64,000 nucleotides of DNA, taken from the NCBI GenBank assembly GCA_016125475.1, contig WGLR01000008.1:137723-201722 (forward strand), read 5' to 3'. Both the position numbers and the translations under genes were made by a program. Below are positions 44,825-54,462 of the stretch, in pieces (the stretch's first letter is position 1; the number at the start of each line of letters is the position of its first letter). The notes below the pieces were generated by a model, which made no database searches, was not told the DNA's origin, and saw only the letters and a list, made by a program, of their open reading frames with translations. This DNA comes from Betaproteobacteria bacterium (GTDB lineage: Bacteria > Pseudomonadota > Gammaproteobacteria > Burkholderiales > Ga0077523).

Positions 44825-45565
44825 TCACTTGCCCGAAGCCTTGGCCGCGTTCGCGAGCTGTGTCTCCAGCTGGGAGGCGTTCAGTGCGCCCGGGACCCGG
44901 GTGCCGTCGGCAAACACGAGCGTCGGCGTGCCGTTCACGCCCTTCCTGGCACCATAGGCGACGAGGTCGGCGACGGGATTCGGGCAGTCACCCTTCGCGG
45001 TGGGCGTGACACCGCGCAGCATGTAGTCGTCCCACGCCTTGACGCGGTTCGGAGAACACCAGATCGCCTTCGCGTGTTCGACGGCTTTCGGGTGCAACTG
45101 CTCGATCGGGTAGAGGAGGACGTAGATCGTGACGTTGTCGAGTTTCTCGAGTTCCTGCTCGATACGCCGGCAATAGGGGCAGTCCGGGTCGGAGAAGATC
45201 GCGAACTTCCTGGACCCGTCACCCTTCACCTTCTTGATGGCACGGTCCAGAGGGAGGCTGTCGAAGTCGATCGCCGTCAGCCTGTTGCGCGTCTGCTCCG
45301 TCAGGTCGGTCATCGTCTTCGTGTCGACGAGACTGCCCTGCATCATGAAGCGGAAATTCTCGTCGGTGTAGATGATCAGTGGCTCGCTGCCCCGGGGAAT
45401 CACGATCTCGTAGAGACCGAGATCGGGCAGGGCGTGGACGCTTTCGACCTTCGCCTTCGGAAACTTGGCCGTGAAAGCGGCCTTCACCGAGGCCTCGTCG
45501 GCGTAGGCCGCGGCGGAGACCAACAGCAGCCCCACGAGGGCCTGCGACAACATGCGCTGAATCAT
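44825..45565 (-). CDS. dsbC: thiol:disulfide interchange protein DsbC/DsbG family
   Basis: It has a signal peptide, an N-terminal dimerisation domain and a thioredoxin fold with CPYC. Confidence 0.85.
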   Translation of the reverse strand: MIQRMLSQALVGLLLVSAAAYADEASVKAAFTAKFPKAKVESVHALPDLGLYEIVIPRGSEPLIIYTDENFRFMMQGSLVDTKTMTDLTEQTRNRLTAIDFDSLPLDRAIKKVKGDGSRKFAIFSDPDCPYCRRIEQELEKLDNVTIYVLLYPIEQLHPKAVEHAKAIWCSPNRVKAWDDYMLRGVTPTAKGDCPNPVADLVAYGARKGVNGTPTLVFADGTRVPGALNASQLETQLANAAKASGK

Positions 45566-45609
45566 GAAAAGCTCCTAAATGGGGAACTGGAAAATTCGTT
45601 CGGAAAGCA

Positions 45610-46779
45610 TCACGCCAGGGCATGCCGGGCGAGAGCCCGCCTCAGGATCGGCAGTCGATCCGTCAGGGACAGGCCGAGATTCCGGAGCCCCTCGAGGCCC
45701 GGAACCCGGCTCGAGAACAAGCGCTGGAGACCATCCGTGACCGCGATCATCGACGACACATCCTCCCGCCGTGCCCGCTCGAACCGGCGCAGCAGTGCCA
45801 GACTGCCACAATCCACTTCGGCGCCGCGCCCCCGGAGGACGGCCGCGATTTCCCTCACATCGCGGAAACCGAGGTTGACACCCTGCCCCGCGAGCGGGTG
45901 AACATTGTGTGCGGCATCACCGATCAGGGCAAGGCGTGGCCGCACGTAATGGCGTGCGTCCATCCACCTGAGCGGGAATTGTGCCGAGTCGCCGACCTGC
46001 GCGAGTTCGCCGTGGACCCCGCCCGACGCGGCTCCCACGCGCGCTCCGAGTTCCGCGGGATCGAGCGCGCGCAGTTCGTCCGCGAACGCGGCCGGGGCCG
46101 ACCACACCATCGACACGTGCCGGCCGGGCAACGGCAGCAGCGCGAGCACGCCTTTGTCCGCGAACCACTGTCGCGCTGCCCCGCCGTGATCCCGCGATGC
46201 GAGAAAGTTGGCCACGACGGCATCCTGAGGATACCGGCGCTGCCGCACCTCGATACCGCACTGCTGTCTCACCCACGACCGGGCGCCATCGGCGCCGATG
46301 ACCAGCGCCGCATCGATGCCTCCCCCGGCCTCGAGCGTGATCTCGACGGTGTCGGCGTGAATGCGAAGGCCGGCAGGACGCTCGGGCACGCGAAGCTGGA
46401 CGCCGCCACTTCGCTCCAGCACCGCAGACCAGATCGCTCGCCAGAGTTCGCCGGACTCCACGATGTACGCGAGGCACGGCACGCCGGACTCCACCGCGTC
46501 GAAGCCGAGGCGCACGTCCCGCCGGTCACCGAACACTTCCATTCGGGACACGCACTGCACGCGCGCGGGATCGAGACGCCTCCAGACGCCGAGTGCTGCG
46601 AGGAGGTCCCGACTTCCCGGGCTGAGTGCGTAGATCCTCGTGTCCCATGTGTCCCCGACCCTTGCGGCGGGCTCCTCCGCACCGACCAGGCACACGCTCA
46701 GACCTTCGGCGGAAAGCGCGAGCGCCGCACAGCTCCCCACGAGCCCGGAACCCACGATCGCCACGTCGAAATCGCTCAT
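45610..46779 (-). CDS. UbiH/UbiF/VisC/COQ6-family FAD-dependent ubiquinone hydroxylase
   Basis: The GxGxxG motif (VAIVGSGLVGS) and GDAAHNVHPLAGQGVNLGFRD are present. Confidence 0.85.
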   Translation of the reverse strand: MSDFDVAIVGSGLVGSCAALALSAEGLSVCLVGAEEPAARVGDTWDTRIYALSPGSRDLLAALGVWRRLDPARVQCVSRMEVFGDRRDVRLGFDAVESGVPCLAYIVESGELWRAIWSAVLERSGGVQLRVPERPAGLRIHADTVEITLEAGGGIDAALVIGADGARSWVRQQCGIEVRQRRYPQDAVVANFLASRDHGGAARQWFADKGVLALLPLPGRHVSMVWSAPAAFADELRALDPAELGARVGAASGGVHGELAQVGDSAQFPLRWMDARHYVRPRLALIGDAAHNVHPLAGQGVNLGFRDVREIAAVLRGRGAEVDCGSLALLRRFERARREDVSSMIAVTDGLQRLFSSRVPGLEGLRNLGLSLTDRLPILRRALARHALA

Positions 46780-46869
46780 AAGGCCTTCATCATTGCGAGA
46801 ATTTCAGGTACCACGGTTGACAACCGGGGGAGGTGACAGTAGATTTTGCCCCCCTGTCGAAAGGCACGT

Positions 46870-46945
46870 GGCGAATTAGCTCAGCGGTTAGAGCAGCGGA
46901 ATCATAATCCGTTGGTCCGGGGTTCAAATCCCTGATTCGCCACCA
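46870..46945 (+). tRNA. tRNA with anticodon CAT (Met by anticodon; body resembles lysidine-type tRNA-Ile2)
   Basis: It was folded by hand. The acceptor stem is GGCGAAT/ATTCGCC. The D-arm is GCTCAGCGGTTAGAGC. The anticodon stem is GCGGA/TCCGT with loop ATCATAA. The variable loop is TGGTC and the T-arm is CGGGG-TTCAAAT-CCCTG. ACCA is encoded. Confidence 0.9.
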
Positions 46946-47000
46946 TCTCTCATTCTCGTATGGTTGCCGCACGGCAGTTCCTGCTGGGGTCCTGTTAACC

Positions 47001-47345
47001 ATGGCCGACAAGTTTTCGTGGCACCGGCTCGCAGCCCTCGTGCTCGGCATCTTCGTCCTGTCGACGTCCACCGCCCAGGCCTTCCGGCTGTTGCCGGACA
47101 ACATCCGCCTCGGCGAGCTGCAGGGCATCGAGCAGAACAGGATCACGATCAGCGGAAAGACCTACAGGATCGCCCCGGGTTCCAGGATACGCGATCGAAA
47201 CAACAGGATCGTGGTTCCGGGGTCGGCCCCCGCGACCGGAAGCATCGCCTTCAACGTGGACTATCTGGGCCAGGTTCTCGGTGTCTGGATCCTGACACCG
47301 CAGGAAGCCGAGACGCTGTCTCGCCGCCTTTCACCCCCGGACTGA
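47001..47345 (+). CDS. hypothetical secreted protein
   Basis: 114 aa with a clear signal peptide (LAALVLGIFVLSTSTAQA). I recognise no family. Confidence 0.6.
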   Translation: MADKFSWHRLAALVLGIFVLSTSTAQAFRLLPDNIRLGELQGIEQNRITISGKTYRIAPGSRIRDRNNRIVVPGSAPATGSIAFNVDYLGQVLGVWILTPQEAETLSRRLSPPD

Positions 47346-47354
47346 GGGCCGCCG

Positions 47355-48692
47355 ATGTCGCACAAGGTCTACATCAAGACGTTCGGCTGCCAGATGAACG
47401 AGTACGACTCCGAAAAGATGCGCGACCTCCTGACGGTGGAGGAAGGGTATCAGGTCACGGATGACGCTTCGGCAGCGGACCTCATACTGTTCAACACCTG
47501 CTCGGTCCGCGAGAAGGCCCAGGAGAAGGTCTTCACCGATCTCGGGATGGTACGCAAGTTCAAGAACGACAATCCGGACGTGATGATCGGCGTCGGCGGC
47601 TGCGTCGCGAGCCAGGAGGGCGCCGCGATCGTCGCGCGAGCGCCGTTCGTCGACCTCGTGTTCGGCCCGCAGACCCTGCACCGGATTCCCGAAATGATCC
47701 GCGCACGGCGTACGTCCGGGAAGCCCCAGGTGGACATCACGTTCCCCGAAATCGAGAAGTTCGACAGCCTGCCGCCGCCCGCCGCGGTCGGTGGCCAGGC
47801 CTTCGTCTCGATCATGGAGGGGTGCAGCAAGTACTGCAGCTTCTGCGTGGTTCCGTACACGCGCGGCGAGGAAGTGTCGCGACCGTTCGAGGACGTGCTG
47901 ACCGAGGTGGCCGATCTCGCCGAGCACGCCACGAAGGAAGTCACGCTGCTCGGCCAGAACGTGAACGCCTACCGCGGACCGATGGCAGACGGCACGATCG
48001 CCGATTTTGCATTGCTTCTGGAATACGTTGCCGAAATCCCCGGTATCGAGCGCATCCGCTTCACGACCTCTCACCCGAAGGAGTTCACCCAGCGACTCAT
48101 CGACGTGTACGCGCGTGTGCCGAAGCTCGCGTCGCACGTGCATCTGCCCGTCCAGTCGGGGTCCGACCGCGTGCTGGCCGCCATGAAGCGGGGCTACACG
48201 GCGCTCGAGTACAAGTCCACGATCCGTCGACTCCGCGAGGCGAGGCCCGACATCTCGCTGTCGTCCGACTTCATCGTCGGATTTCCGGGCGAAACCGAGC
48301 GCGAGTTCGAGCAGACGCTCCGGCTCGTGGAAGACGTCGGCTTCGACGCCAGCTTCAGCTTCGTCTACAGCGCCCGGCCCGGAACGCCGGCGGCCGAGCT
48401 GGCCGATCCCGTGCCCAGGGCGGAAAAGCTGCGGTGGCTTCAGCGCCTTCAGTCACAACTCGAAGTGCAGGCGTCTCGCATCAGCGAGTCGATGCTGGGG
48501 AGCCGGCAGCGCGTGATCGTCGAGGGGCATTCGAGGAAGAATCCGGCGGAGCTGGCGGGGCGGACCGAGAACAATCGCGTCGTGAACTTCGGAGGTCCGG
48601 AACGCCTGATCGGACAGTTCGTGGACGTCGACATCACCGCCGTCCTCCCGCATTCGCTCCGTGGCGTCGTGCTCACGCGGGAACCTGCCTAG
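47355..48692 (+). CDS. miaB: tRNA-2-methylthio-N6-dimethylallyladenosine synthase
   Basis: [20 protein letters not shown] is the N-terminus. The radical SAM motif [11 protein letters not shown] and a TRAM C-terminus are present. Confidence 0.95.
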   Translation: MSHKVYIKTFGCQMNEYDSEKMRDLLTVEEGYQVTDDASAADLILFNTCSVREKAQEKVFTDLGMVRKFKNDNPDVMIGVGGCVASQEGAAIVARAPFVDLVFGPQTLHRIPEMIRARRTSGKPQVDITFPEIEKFDSLPPPAAVGGQAFVSIMEGCSKYCSFCVVPYTRGEEVSRPFEDVLTEVADLAEHATKEVTLLGQNVNAYRGPMADGTIADFALLLEYVAEIPGIERIRFTTSHPKEFTQRLIDVYARVPKLASHVHLPVQSGSDRVLAAMKRGYTALEYKSTIRRLREARPDISLSSDFIVGFPGETEREFEQTLRLVEDVGFDASFSFVYSARPGTPAAELADPVPRAEKLRWLQRLQSQLEVQASRISESMLGSRQRVIVEGHSRKNPAELAGRTENNRVVNFGGPERLIGQFVDVDITAVLPHSLRGVVLTREPA

Positions 48693-48766
48693 ACGGCGCC
48701 GGACCACACCCCCGGTGGGCCGGTCGGCTTGTCTCTATAATCGCCCCTGATACCACCGGACGGAGG

Positions 48767-49771
48767 ATGGGTCCCGGGGCCCGTCCGGGCCCCGACCAAG
48801 ACCATCGCGACACCATCGAACCCTTGGAACTGACGCTTTCCCCGGTCGACAATGACCGGCTTGCGAATCTCTGCGGCGTGCTCGACGAGAATCTGCGCCA
48901 GATCGAGAACGCCCTCGATGTGAGCATCTCGCGCCGGGGCGAACATTTCCGCATCGCGGGCGACGCGGGACAACAGCGGCTCGCCGTACAGATACTCCAG
49001 CGGTTCTACTCGCAGGCCGATCAGGACCTCGCAGTCGAGGACATACAGCTCGGGTTGATAGAAGTCGGGCACGAGGACTCCGCCACCGTGGAGGACGAGC
49101 CGCAGCTTCTGACCAAGCGCAGGGACCTCCATGGCCGGACCCCGACACAGGCGGAGTATCTTCGCGCCATTCTCGGCCACGACATCAGCTTCGGCATAGG
49201 GCCTGCCGGGACCGGCAAGACGTACCTCGCAGTGGCCTGCGCGGTCGACGCACTGGAGCGCGATACGGTCAAACGCATCGTCCTGGTCCGTCCGGCCGTC
49301 GAAGCGGGCGAACGCCTCGGCTTCCTGCCGGGCGATCTCACTCAGAAGGTGGATCCCTATCTGCGACCGCTCTATGACGCCCTGTACGACCTGATGGGAT
49401 TCGAGAAGGTCGGAAAGCTCTTCGAACGAGGCACGATCGAGATTGCTCCGCTCGCCTTCATGCGTGGCCGCACGCTGAATCACAGTTTCGTGATCCTCGA
49501 CGAGGCGCAGAACACGACGCCCGAGCAGATGAAGATGTTCCTCACGCGCATCGGCTTCGGGTCCAAGGCCGTACTCACCGGTGACGTGACCCAGATCGAT
49601 CTGCCTCGCGGGCACAAGAGCGGCCTCGTCGAGGCGAGCGAAGTTCTCGCTCAGGTGCGGGGAATCGCATTCGTGCGATTCACCGCCAGGGACGTCGTGA
49701 GACACCCGCTCGTGCAGAGAATCGTGAACGCGTACGAGGCCTTTTCGCAGAAATCCGGTCCGGATTCGTGA
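48767..49771 (+). CDS. ybeZ: PhoH-like ATPase
   Basis: Walker A GPAGTGKTYLAV is present. The ATG is preceded by GGAGG. I chose an internal start of ORF 47822..49771. Confidence 0.92.
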   Translation: MGPGARPGPDQDHRDTIEPLELTLSPVDNDRLANLCGVLDENLRQIENALDVSISRRGEHFRIAGDAGQQRLAVQILQRFYSQADQDLAVEDIQLGLIEVGHEDSATVEDEPQLLTKRRDLHGRTPTQAEYLRAILGHDISFGIGPAGTGKTYLAVACAVDALERDTVKRIVLVRPAVEAGERLGFLPGDLTQKVDPYLRPLYDALYDLMGFEKVGKLFERGTIEIAPLAFMRGRTLNHSFVILDEAQNTTPEQMKMFLTRIGFGSKAVLTGDVTQIDLPRGHKSGLVEASEVLAQVRGIAFVRFTARDVVRHPLVQRIVNAYEAFSQKSGPDS

Positions 49772-50220
49772 CACGCCACCGACCCGTTCTCTCGCTCGAT
49801 GTCCAGGTCGCGACCCGCAGCGCGAACCTGCCGTCGGCGGAAGTGCTGCGCGAATGGTGTCGTGCGGCGCTGGTGCGCGATTGCGAGGTGACCATCCGGC
49901 TCGTGGGCACGCGTGAGGGCCTCGCACTGAATTCCGCGTTCCGGGAACGAGACTATCCTACAAACGTACTCACGTTCGTGTACGAAACAAGCCCCGCGTG
50001 CGTGGGGGACATCGCAATCTGCGCGCCGGTCGTCCGCCGGGAAGCCCGAGCCCAGGGCAAGGCGCTCGAAGCCCATTGGGCACACCTCGTCGTTCACGGG
50101 ATGCTGCACCTGCAGGGATACGATCACCTCCGCGACGCGGACGCACGTCTGATGGAACAAACGGAAGCACAAATCCTCGCCGATCTCGGGTATCCTGATC
50201 CCTATGCAGTAGCGGCCTGA
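49768..50220 (+). CDS. ybeY: rRNA maturation endoribonuclease YbeY
   Basis: The HGMLHLQGYDH zinc motif is present. The GTG start overlaps the phoH-like stop. Confidence 0.92.
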   Translation: MTRHRPVLSLDVQVATRSANLPSAEVLREWCRAALVRDCEVTIRLVGTREGLALNSAFRERDYPTNVLTFVYETSPACVGDIAICAPVVRREARAQGKALEAHWAHLVVHGMLHLQGYDHLRDADARLMEQTEAQILADLGYPDPYAVAA

Positions 50221-50262
50221 CAGAGCCGCAGCGGGCCCGCCCGACGGCCCCCGATCCTTTCT

Positions 50263-51096
50263 ATGGACAGTGCCCAGACGGACAAACCTTCGTTGCTCGA
50301 AAGGCTCAGTGCCTTCCTCATGCGCGAGCCGGAGGACCGCGACCAGCTCATCCATCTGCTGCACTCCGCCTACGAACGACACATCCTGGATGCCGATGCC
50401 CTTTCGATGGTCGAAGGCGCGCTCCAGATGTCCGAATTGCAGGCGCGAGATGTCATGGTGCCTCGCGCGCAGATGGACCTGATCGACATCAGCGAACCAC
50501 CGGAACAGTTCATTCCGAAAGTGATCGAAACCGCCCACAGCCGTTTCCCGGTTATCGACGGCTCCAAGGACAAGATCATCGGGATCCTGCTCGCGAAGGA
50601 CCTGCTGCGCTACTACGCCGGCGAAGAATTCAACGTCCGGGACATGCTCCGCCCCGTCGTGTTCATCCCCGAGTCCAAGCGACTCAACGTCCTGCTCAAG
50701 GAGTTTCGCTCCGCCCGCAATCACATGGCCATCGTCGTCGATGAATACGGCGGAGCGGCGGGGCTGGTCACGATCGAGGACGTGCTCGAGCAGATCGTCG
50801 GAGACATCGAGGACGAGTACGACTTCGACGAAACAGAGGGCAACATCGTCTCCCAGCCGGGAGGGCGATACCGGGTGAAGGCGACGACGGAAATCGCGGA
50901 CTTCAACGAGGCGTTCGGGACCGGATTCTCCGACGAGGATTTCGACACGATCGGCGGCGTTGTCGTGAGCGAGTTCGGACGCGTCCCGAAGCGCGGCGAG
51001 GAAATCGCCCTGTCCGGACTGCGTTTCCGGGTCCTGCGGGCCGACAGTCGTCGCGTGCACTCCCTGCTCGTGGACAGGATCATTCCCTCCGAATGA
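50263..51096 (+). CDS. corC: CBS/CorC_HlyC-domain magnesium/cobalt efflux-associated protein
   Basis: It has a CBS pair plus a transporter-associated C-terminal domain. Length is 277 aa. Confidence 0.92.
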   Translation: MDSAQTDKPSLLERLSAFLMREPEDRDQLIHLLHSAYERHILDADALSMVEGALQMSELQARDVMVPRAQMDLIDISEPPEQFIPKVIETAHSRFPVIDGSKDKIIGILLAKDLLRYYAGEEFNVRDMLRPVVFIPESKRLNVLLKEFRSARNHMAIVVDEYGGAAGLVTIEDVLEQIVGDIEDEYDFDETEGNIVSQPGGRYRVKATTEIADFNEAFGTGFSDEDFDTIGGVVVSEFGRVPKRGEEIALSGLRFRVLRADSRRVHSLLVDRIIPSE

Positions 51097-52607
51097 TCCC
51101 GAGCGCGTGGGCGCGCGCGATCGCTGCCTTCGTCTGTGGCGCGGTAATGGTGCTCGGTTTCGCGCCGCTGCGCCTGTTCCTCGTTCCCGTTCTCGGCACG
51201 GCTTTGCTGTTCTCGCTCGTGTCGACCGAGGACCGCCCACGCAGGTCAGCCGTCACCGGGTTCGCGTTCGGACTCGGCCTCTTCGCCGCGGGTATCGGCT
51301 GGATATACGTCGCGCTGCACACGTATGGTGGCATGCCGCCCTGGCTGGCCGCGGTGTCCACGCTGGTGTTCGCCAGCTTCCTCGCGCTCTTTCCGGCGAT
51401 CGCATGCGCCGCCACCGCGTGGTTTCCACGTGAGTTGCGCTGGGCGGCTTTCGCACCACTGTGGGTACTGACGGAATGGCTGCGCAGCTGGATCTTCACG
51501 GGCTTCCCGTGGCTGTCGCTCGGTTACTCCCAGATTCCGGCCAGCCCGCTTTCCGGCCTCGCGCCACTCCTCGGCCTGTTCGGCGTCACGTACGCGGTCG
51601 TCCAGACCGGCGCCTGCCTGGTCGCCCTGTTGTCGGGACGCAGCCGGGGCGCTCCGGCCGTCGTGCTGGTCGGGATCGTCGCAGTCGCCATCGGATCGTC
51701 TGCGGTGCAGTGGACTCGCCCGGATGGCCCGGAAATCACGGTGTCCCTCGTCCAGGGTAACGTCGCACAGGACCTCAAGTTCCGCGAGGATCGCCTGATC
51801 AAGACCCTGACGTTCTACGAAGCGGCGGTTCTCGCGTCGAAGTCGCGCCTCACGATCCTCCCGGAAACCGCACTGCCACTCTTCGTCCACGAGATTCCGC
51901 CGGCTTATCTGCAGAGACTGAAGGAAAGCGCCACCTCGAGAAAGGCGGACGTGATCGTCGGTGTGTTCGAGAACGATCCCGTCGGAAGCGATCGCTACTT
52001 CAACGCCGTGATCAGTCTCGGAGACTCTCCGACACAGACCTACCGCAAGCATCACCTCGTCCCGTTCGGTGAATTCATCCCTCTGAAGACTTTCCTCGCA
52101 CCCATCATCAACGACTGGCTTCACATCCCCCTCGCCGACCAGACGCCCGGGGCGGCCCGTCAGCCGCCACTTCGGGTCGCGGGCGAGAGGATCGCGATGG
52201 ACATCTGCTACGAAGACGTGTTCGGCAGGGAAATCATTCGCTCGGCCCCCGAGGCGACGATCCTCGCGAACGTGAGCAACGATGCGTGGTACGGCCGCTC
52301 GTGGGCGGCGGAACAGCACCTCCAGATTGCCCAGATGCGCGCGCTGGAAAGCGGGCGCTGGATGCTCCGCGCCACCAACACCGGCGTGACCGCGATCATC
52401 GACGAGACCGGTCACGTCCGGAAGGTGCTGCGTCAGTTCGAGGCAGGCGTTCTCGAGGGCGTGGCGCAGGGCCGAACCGGCGAAACGCCCTACGTCAGGA
52501 CCGGCAACGCCGCCGTCGTGGTCTTGTGCACGGGGACGGTGTTCACGCTGTGGTCACGCAGGCGCCCCGGACGCCGGAATCACGACACCCGGAAACGTCA
52601 GGCCTGA
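51093..52607 (+). CDS. lnt: apolipoprotein N-acyltransferase
   Basis: It has a polytopic N-terminus and a CN-hydrolase domain (ICYEDVF). The ATG overlaps the corC stop. Confidence 0.92.
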   Translation: MIPSAWARAIAAFVCGAVMVLGFAPLRLFLVPVLGTALLFSLVSTEDRPRRSAVTGFAFGLGLFAAGIGWIYVALHTYGGMPPWLAAVSTLVFASFLALFPAIACAATAWFPRELRWAAFAPLWVLTEWLRSWIFTGFPWLSLGYSQIPASPLSGLAPLLGLFGVTYAVVQTGACLVALLSGRSRGAPAVVLVGIVAVAIGSSAVQWTRPDGPEITVSLVQGNVAQDLKFREDRLIKTLTFYEAAVLASKSRLTILPETALPLFVHEIPPAYLQRLKESATSRKADVIVGVFENDPVGSDRYFNAVISLGDSPTQTYRKHHLVPFGEFIPLKTFLAPIINDWLHIPLADQTPGAARQPPLRVAGERIAMDICYEDVFGREIIRSAPEATILANVSNDAWYGRSWAAEQHLQIAQMRALESGRWMLRATNTGVTAIIDETGHVRKVLRQFEAGVLEGVAQGRTGETPYVRTGNAAVVVLCTGTVFTLWSRRRPGRRNHDTRKRQA

Positions 52608-52832
52608 CCTGCAGCGACGGATCGGGAACGTCGCCACCCCACGGCGTTCGAGGTCCCGCCGACGTAGTCGGCAATTCGTGAGACCGTCGCGCACTCCGGG
52701 CAGGCACCTGAGGAAGTCCGTCTGAAGCTGGTCGCGGGCCCGCCGCCCTCTCGCGTGACACATCCGGCGAACCGAACGGCGATCGCGCCCCCGGCGAGCC
52801 AACCGGTCGGACCGGTCTTCCCGATCCGGATG

Positions 52833-53636
52833 TCACTGAAGCTTCTTGAGGTATTCCTTCGTGAAGATCTTGTCGGGCAGGTCGACCATCTTCATGCCGC
52901 CGTACTCCATCACCGAATGCGTATCGGCGCGAATCGCATCCGTCATGACCAGCCTGGTCGGCCGGACCCTGCCGCCGAGCGACTTGTACCCTTCGTACGA
53001 ACAGGTCTTGAGCAGGCGATCGGAGATCGAATAGAACTCGGCCTTCACCGGCGCGTCATCCGCGATCCGCACCCAGTACTTCACCTTCTGGTATGCCACG
53101 CCACGTTCGGTGGCCGAGAGTTCGAGAACGTGGCACTTTTCGCCCCCCACTGCCTCCGATCCCGTGATCCTGGGCGAGTAATCGCCGCTAAAGTTTGCCC
53201 GGGCGATGTCGCCATTAGAGACCACGCCCGTCAGGCGCTGCGCCAGGGACAACCGTACCGGTTGTGACACGTTGGGAACGAAAAGCCACAGATCACGCCC
53301 CTTCATCAGCAGTATCTGCCCTCTCTCCGAGGCGGGTGCGAGTGTCTGGACGATCGTGTTGTCGTTGCCCTTCGACCAGACACGGAGATCCCGCGTTTCC
53401 AGGCTGCCGCCGCTCTCGACCGAACGGATCTTGACGAAGACTTCGAACGCCCGTGAAGGAAAACGGATCTCGTCTGCCCGGCGAACGATGGAGACCGCCT
53501 TTTCATCGACCTCGCCGGACACCGGCTCCTCCGCGCGAACGAGCCCTCGCGGGATGCCCGCCACCGGCATGGCCAGCGCCCCGAGCAGGAGCGCTCGGCG
53601 TCTCGCGACTCCCTGTTCGGAAAGATGAAAACGCAT
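52833..53636 (-). CDS. LolA-fold 'outer membrane lipoprotein-sorting protein'-like periplasmic protein
   Basis: 267 aa. The N-terminus ARRRALLLGALAMPVAG...VRA resembles a Tat signal. The body matches the LolA_like family pattern (...LLMKGRDLWLFVPNVSQPVRLS...NFSGDY...YWV...). It is divergent from the ABC operon. Confidence 0.78.
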   Translation of the reverse strand: MRFHLSEQGVARRRALLLGALAMPVAGIPRGLVRAEEPVSGEVDEKAVSIVRRADEIRFPSRAFEVFVKIRSVESGGSLETRDLRVWSKGNDNTIVQTLAPASERGQILLMKGRDLWLFVPNVSQPVRLSLAQRLTGVVSNGDIARANFSGDYSPRITGSEAVGGEKCHVLELSATERGVAYQKVKYWVRIADDAPVKAEFYSISDRLLKTCSYEGYKSLGGRVRPTRLVMTDAIRADTHSVMEYGGMKMVDLPDKIFTKEYLKKLQ

Positions 53637-53706
53637 TTCGGAACTCCTCGTTTTTGGGCAATCATCACCTTATCATAATGCCCTGATCGAACTAGGGACA
53701 CACCGC

Positions 53707-54462
53707 ATGTCGATTGTAGTTCTGGAGCACGTCACCAAGGAGTACCGGCTTGGAGAACACATGGTTCGCGCGCTCGATGACGTATCGCTGTCGATCGAAA
53801 GCGGCGTGTTCCTTGCCATCGCAGGCCCGTCCGGCAGTGGCAAGTCCACCATTCTCAACATCATCGGCTGCATCGACACGCCTTCGAGCGGAAAGGTCCA
53901 CGTCGCGGGGCACGATGTCAGCGGCCAGAACCCCGACCAGCTGGCAAGCCTGCGGGCTCGCACGATCGGGTTCATCTTTCAGACCTTCAATCTTCTCCCG
54001 GTCCTCACGGCGGCCGAGAACGTCGAGTATCCGCTGCTCCAGATGGAGGAACTCGACAGGGAGGACCGGAAGGAACGGGTCCAGGAGATGCTCGAACTCG
54101 TACAGCTCTCCAAGTACGCGAAACATCGTCCGAACCAGCTGAGCGGCGGACAGCGCCAGCGGGTAGCGATTGCCAGGGCGCTCGTGACGAAGCCGGACAT
54201 CGTGCTGGCCGACGAGCCCACCGCGAACCTGGACCACAAGACGGGCGAGGGGATACTGGCGCTCATGCGCGAGATCAATCGAAAGTTGCGGACTACGTTC
54301 ATCTTTTCTACCCACGACAAGAAGGTCATCGACGCCGCTGACCGCCTGATCGGGGTGGAGGATGGTACCGTCAGGCTGCTCGGCGTTCGCAAGGAAGGGC
54401 AGTGGGCCATCACGAACGTTGCGCGCAAGGCGCCTGCCGCGCAGGCGCAGGGCAAACCATGA
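53707..54462 (+). CDS. ABC transporter ATP-binding protein (LolD/MacB-type)
   Basis: Walker A GPSGSGKST, the signature LSGGQRQRVAIARAL, Walker B ILADEPT and an H-loop (STHD) are present. It has a C-terminal tail of about 25 aa. Confidence 0.93.
   Translation: MSIVVLEHVTKEYRLGEHMVRALDDVSLSIESGVFLAIAGPSGSGKSTILNIIGCIDTPSSGKVHVAGHDVSGQNPDQLASLRARTIGFIFQTFNLLPVLTAAENVEYPLLQMEELDREDRKERVQEMLELVQLSKYAKHRPNQLSGGQRQRVAIARALVTKPDIVLADEPTANLDHKTGEGILALMREINRKLRTTFIFSTHDKKVIDAADRLIGVEDGTVRLLGVRKEGQWAITNVARKAPAAQAQGKP

Noticed and set aside
46780-47400. tRNA gene as a possible genomic-island integration site
   Set aside because: There is no integrase, and I found no direct repeat of the tRNA 3' end. 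The downstream genes (miaB-phoH-ybeY-corC-lnt) are core.
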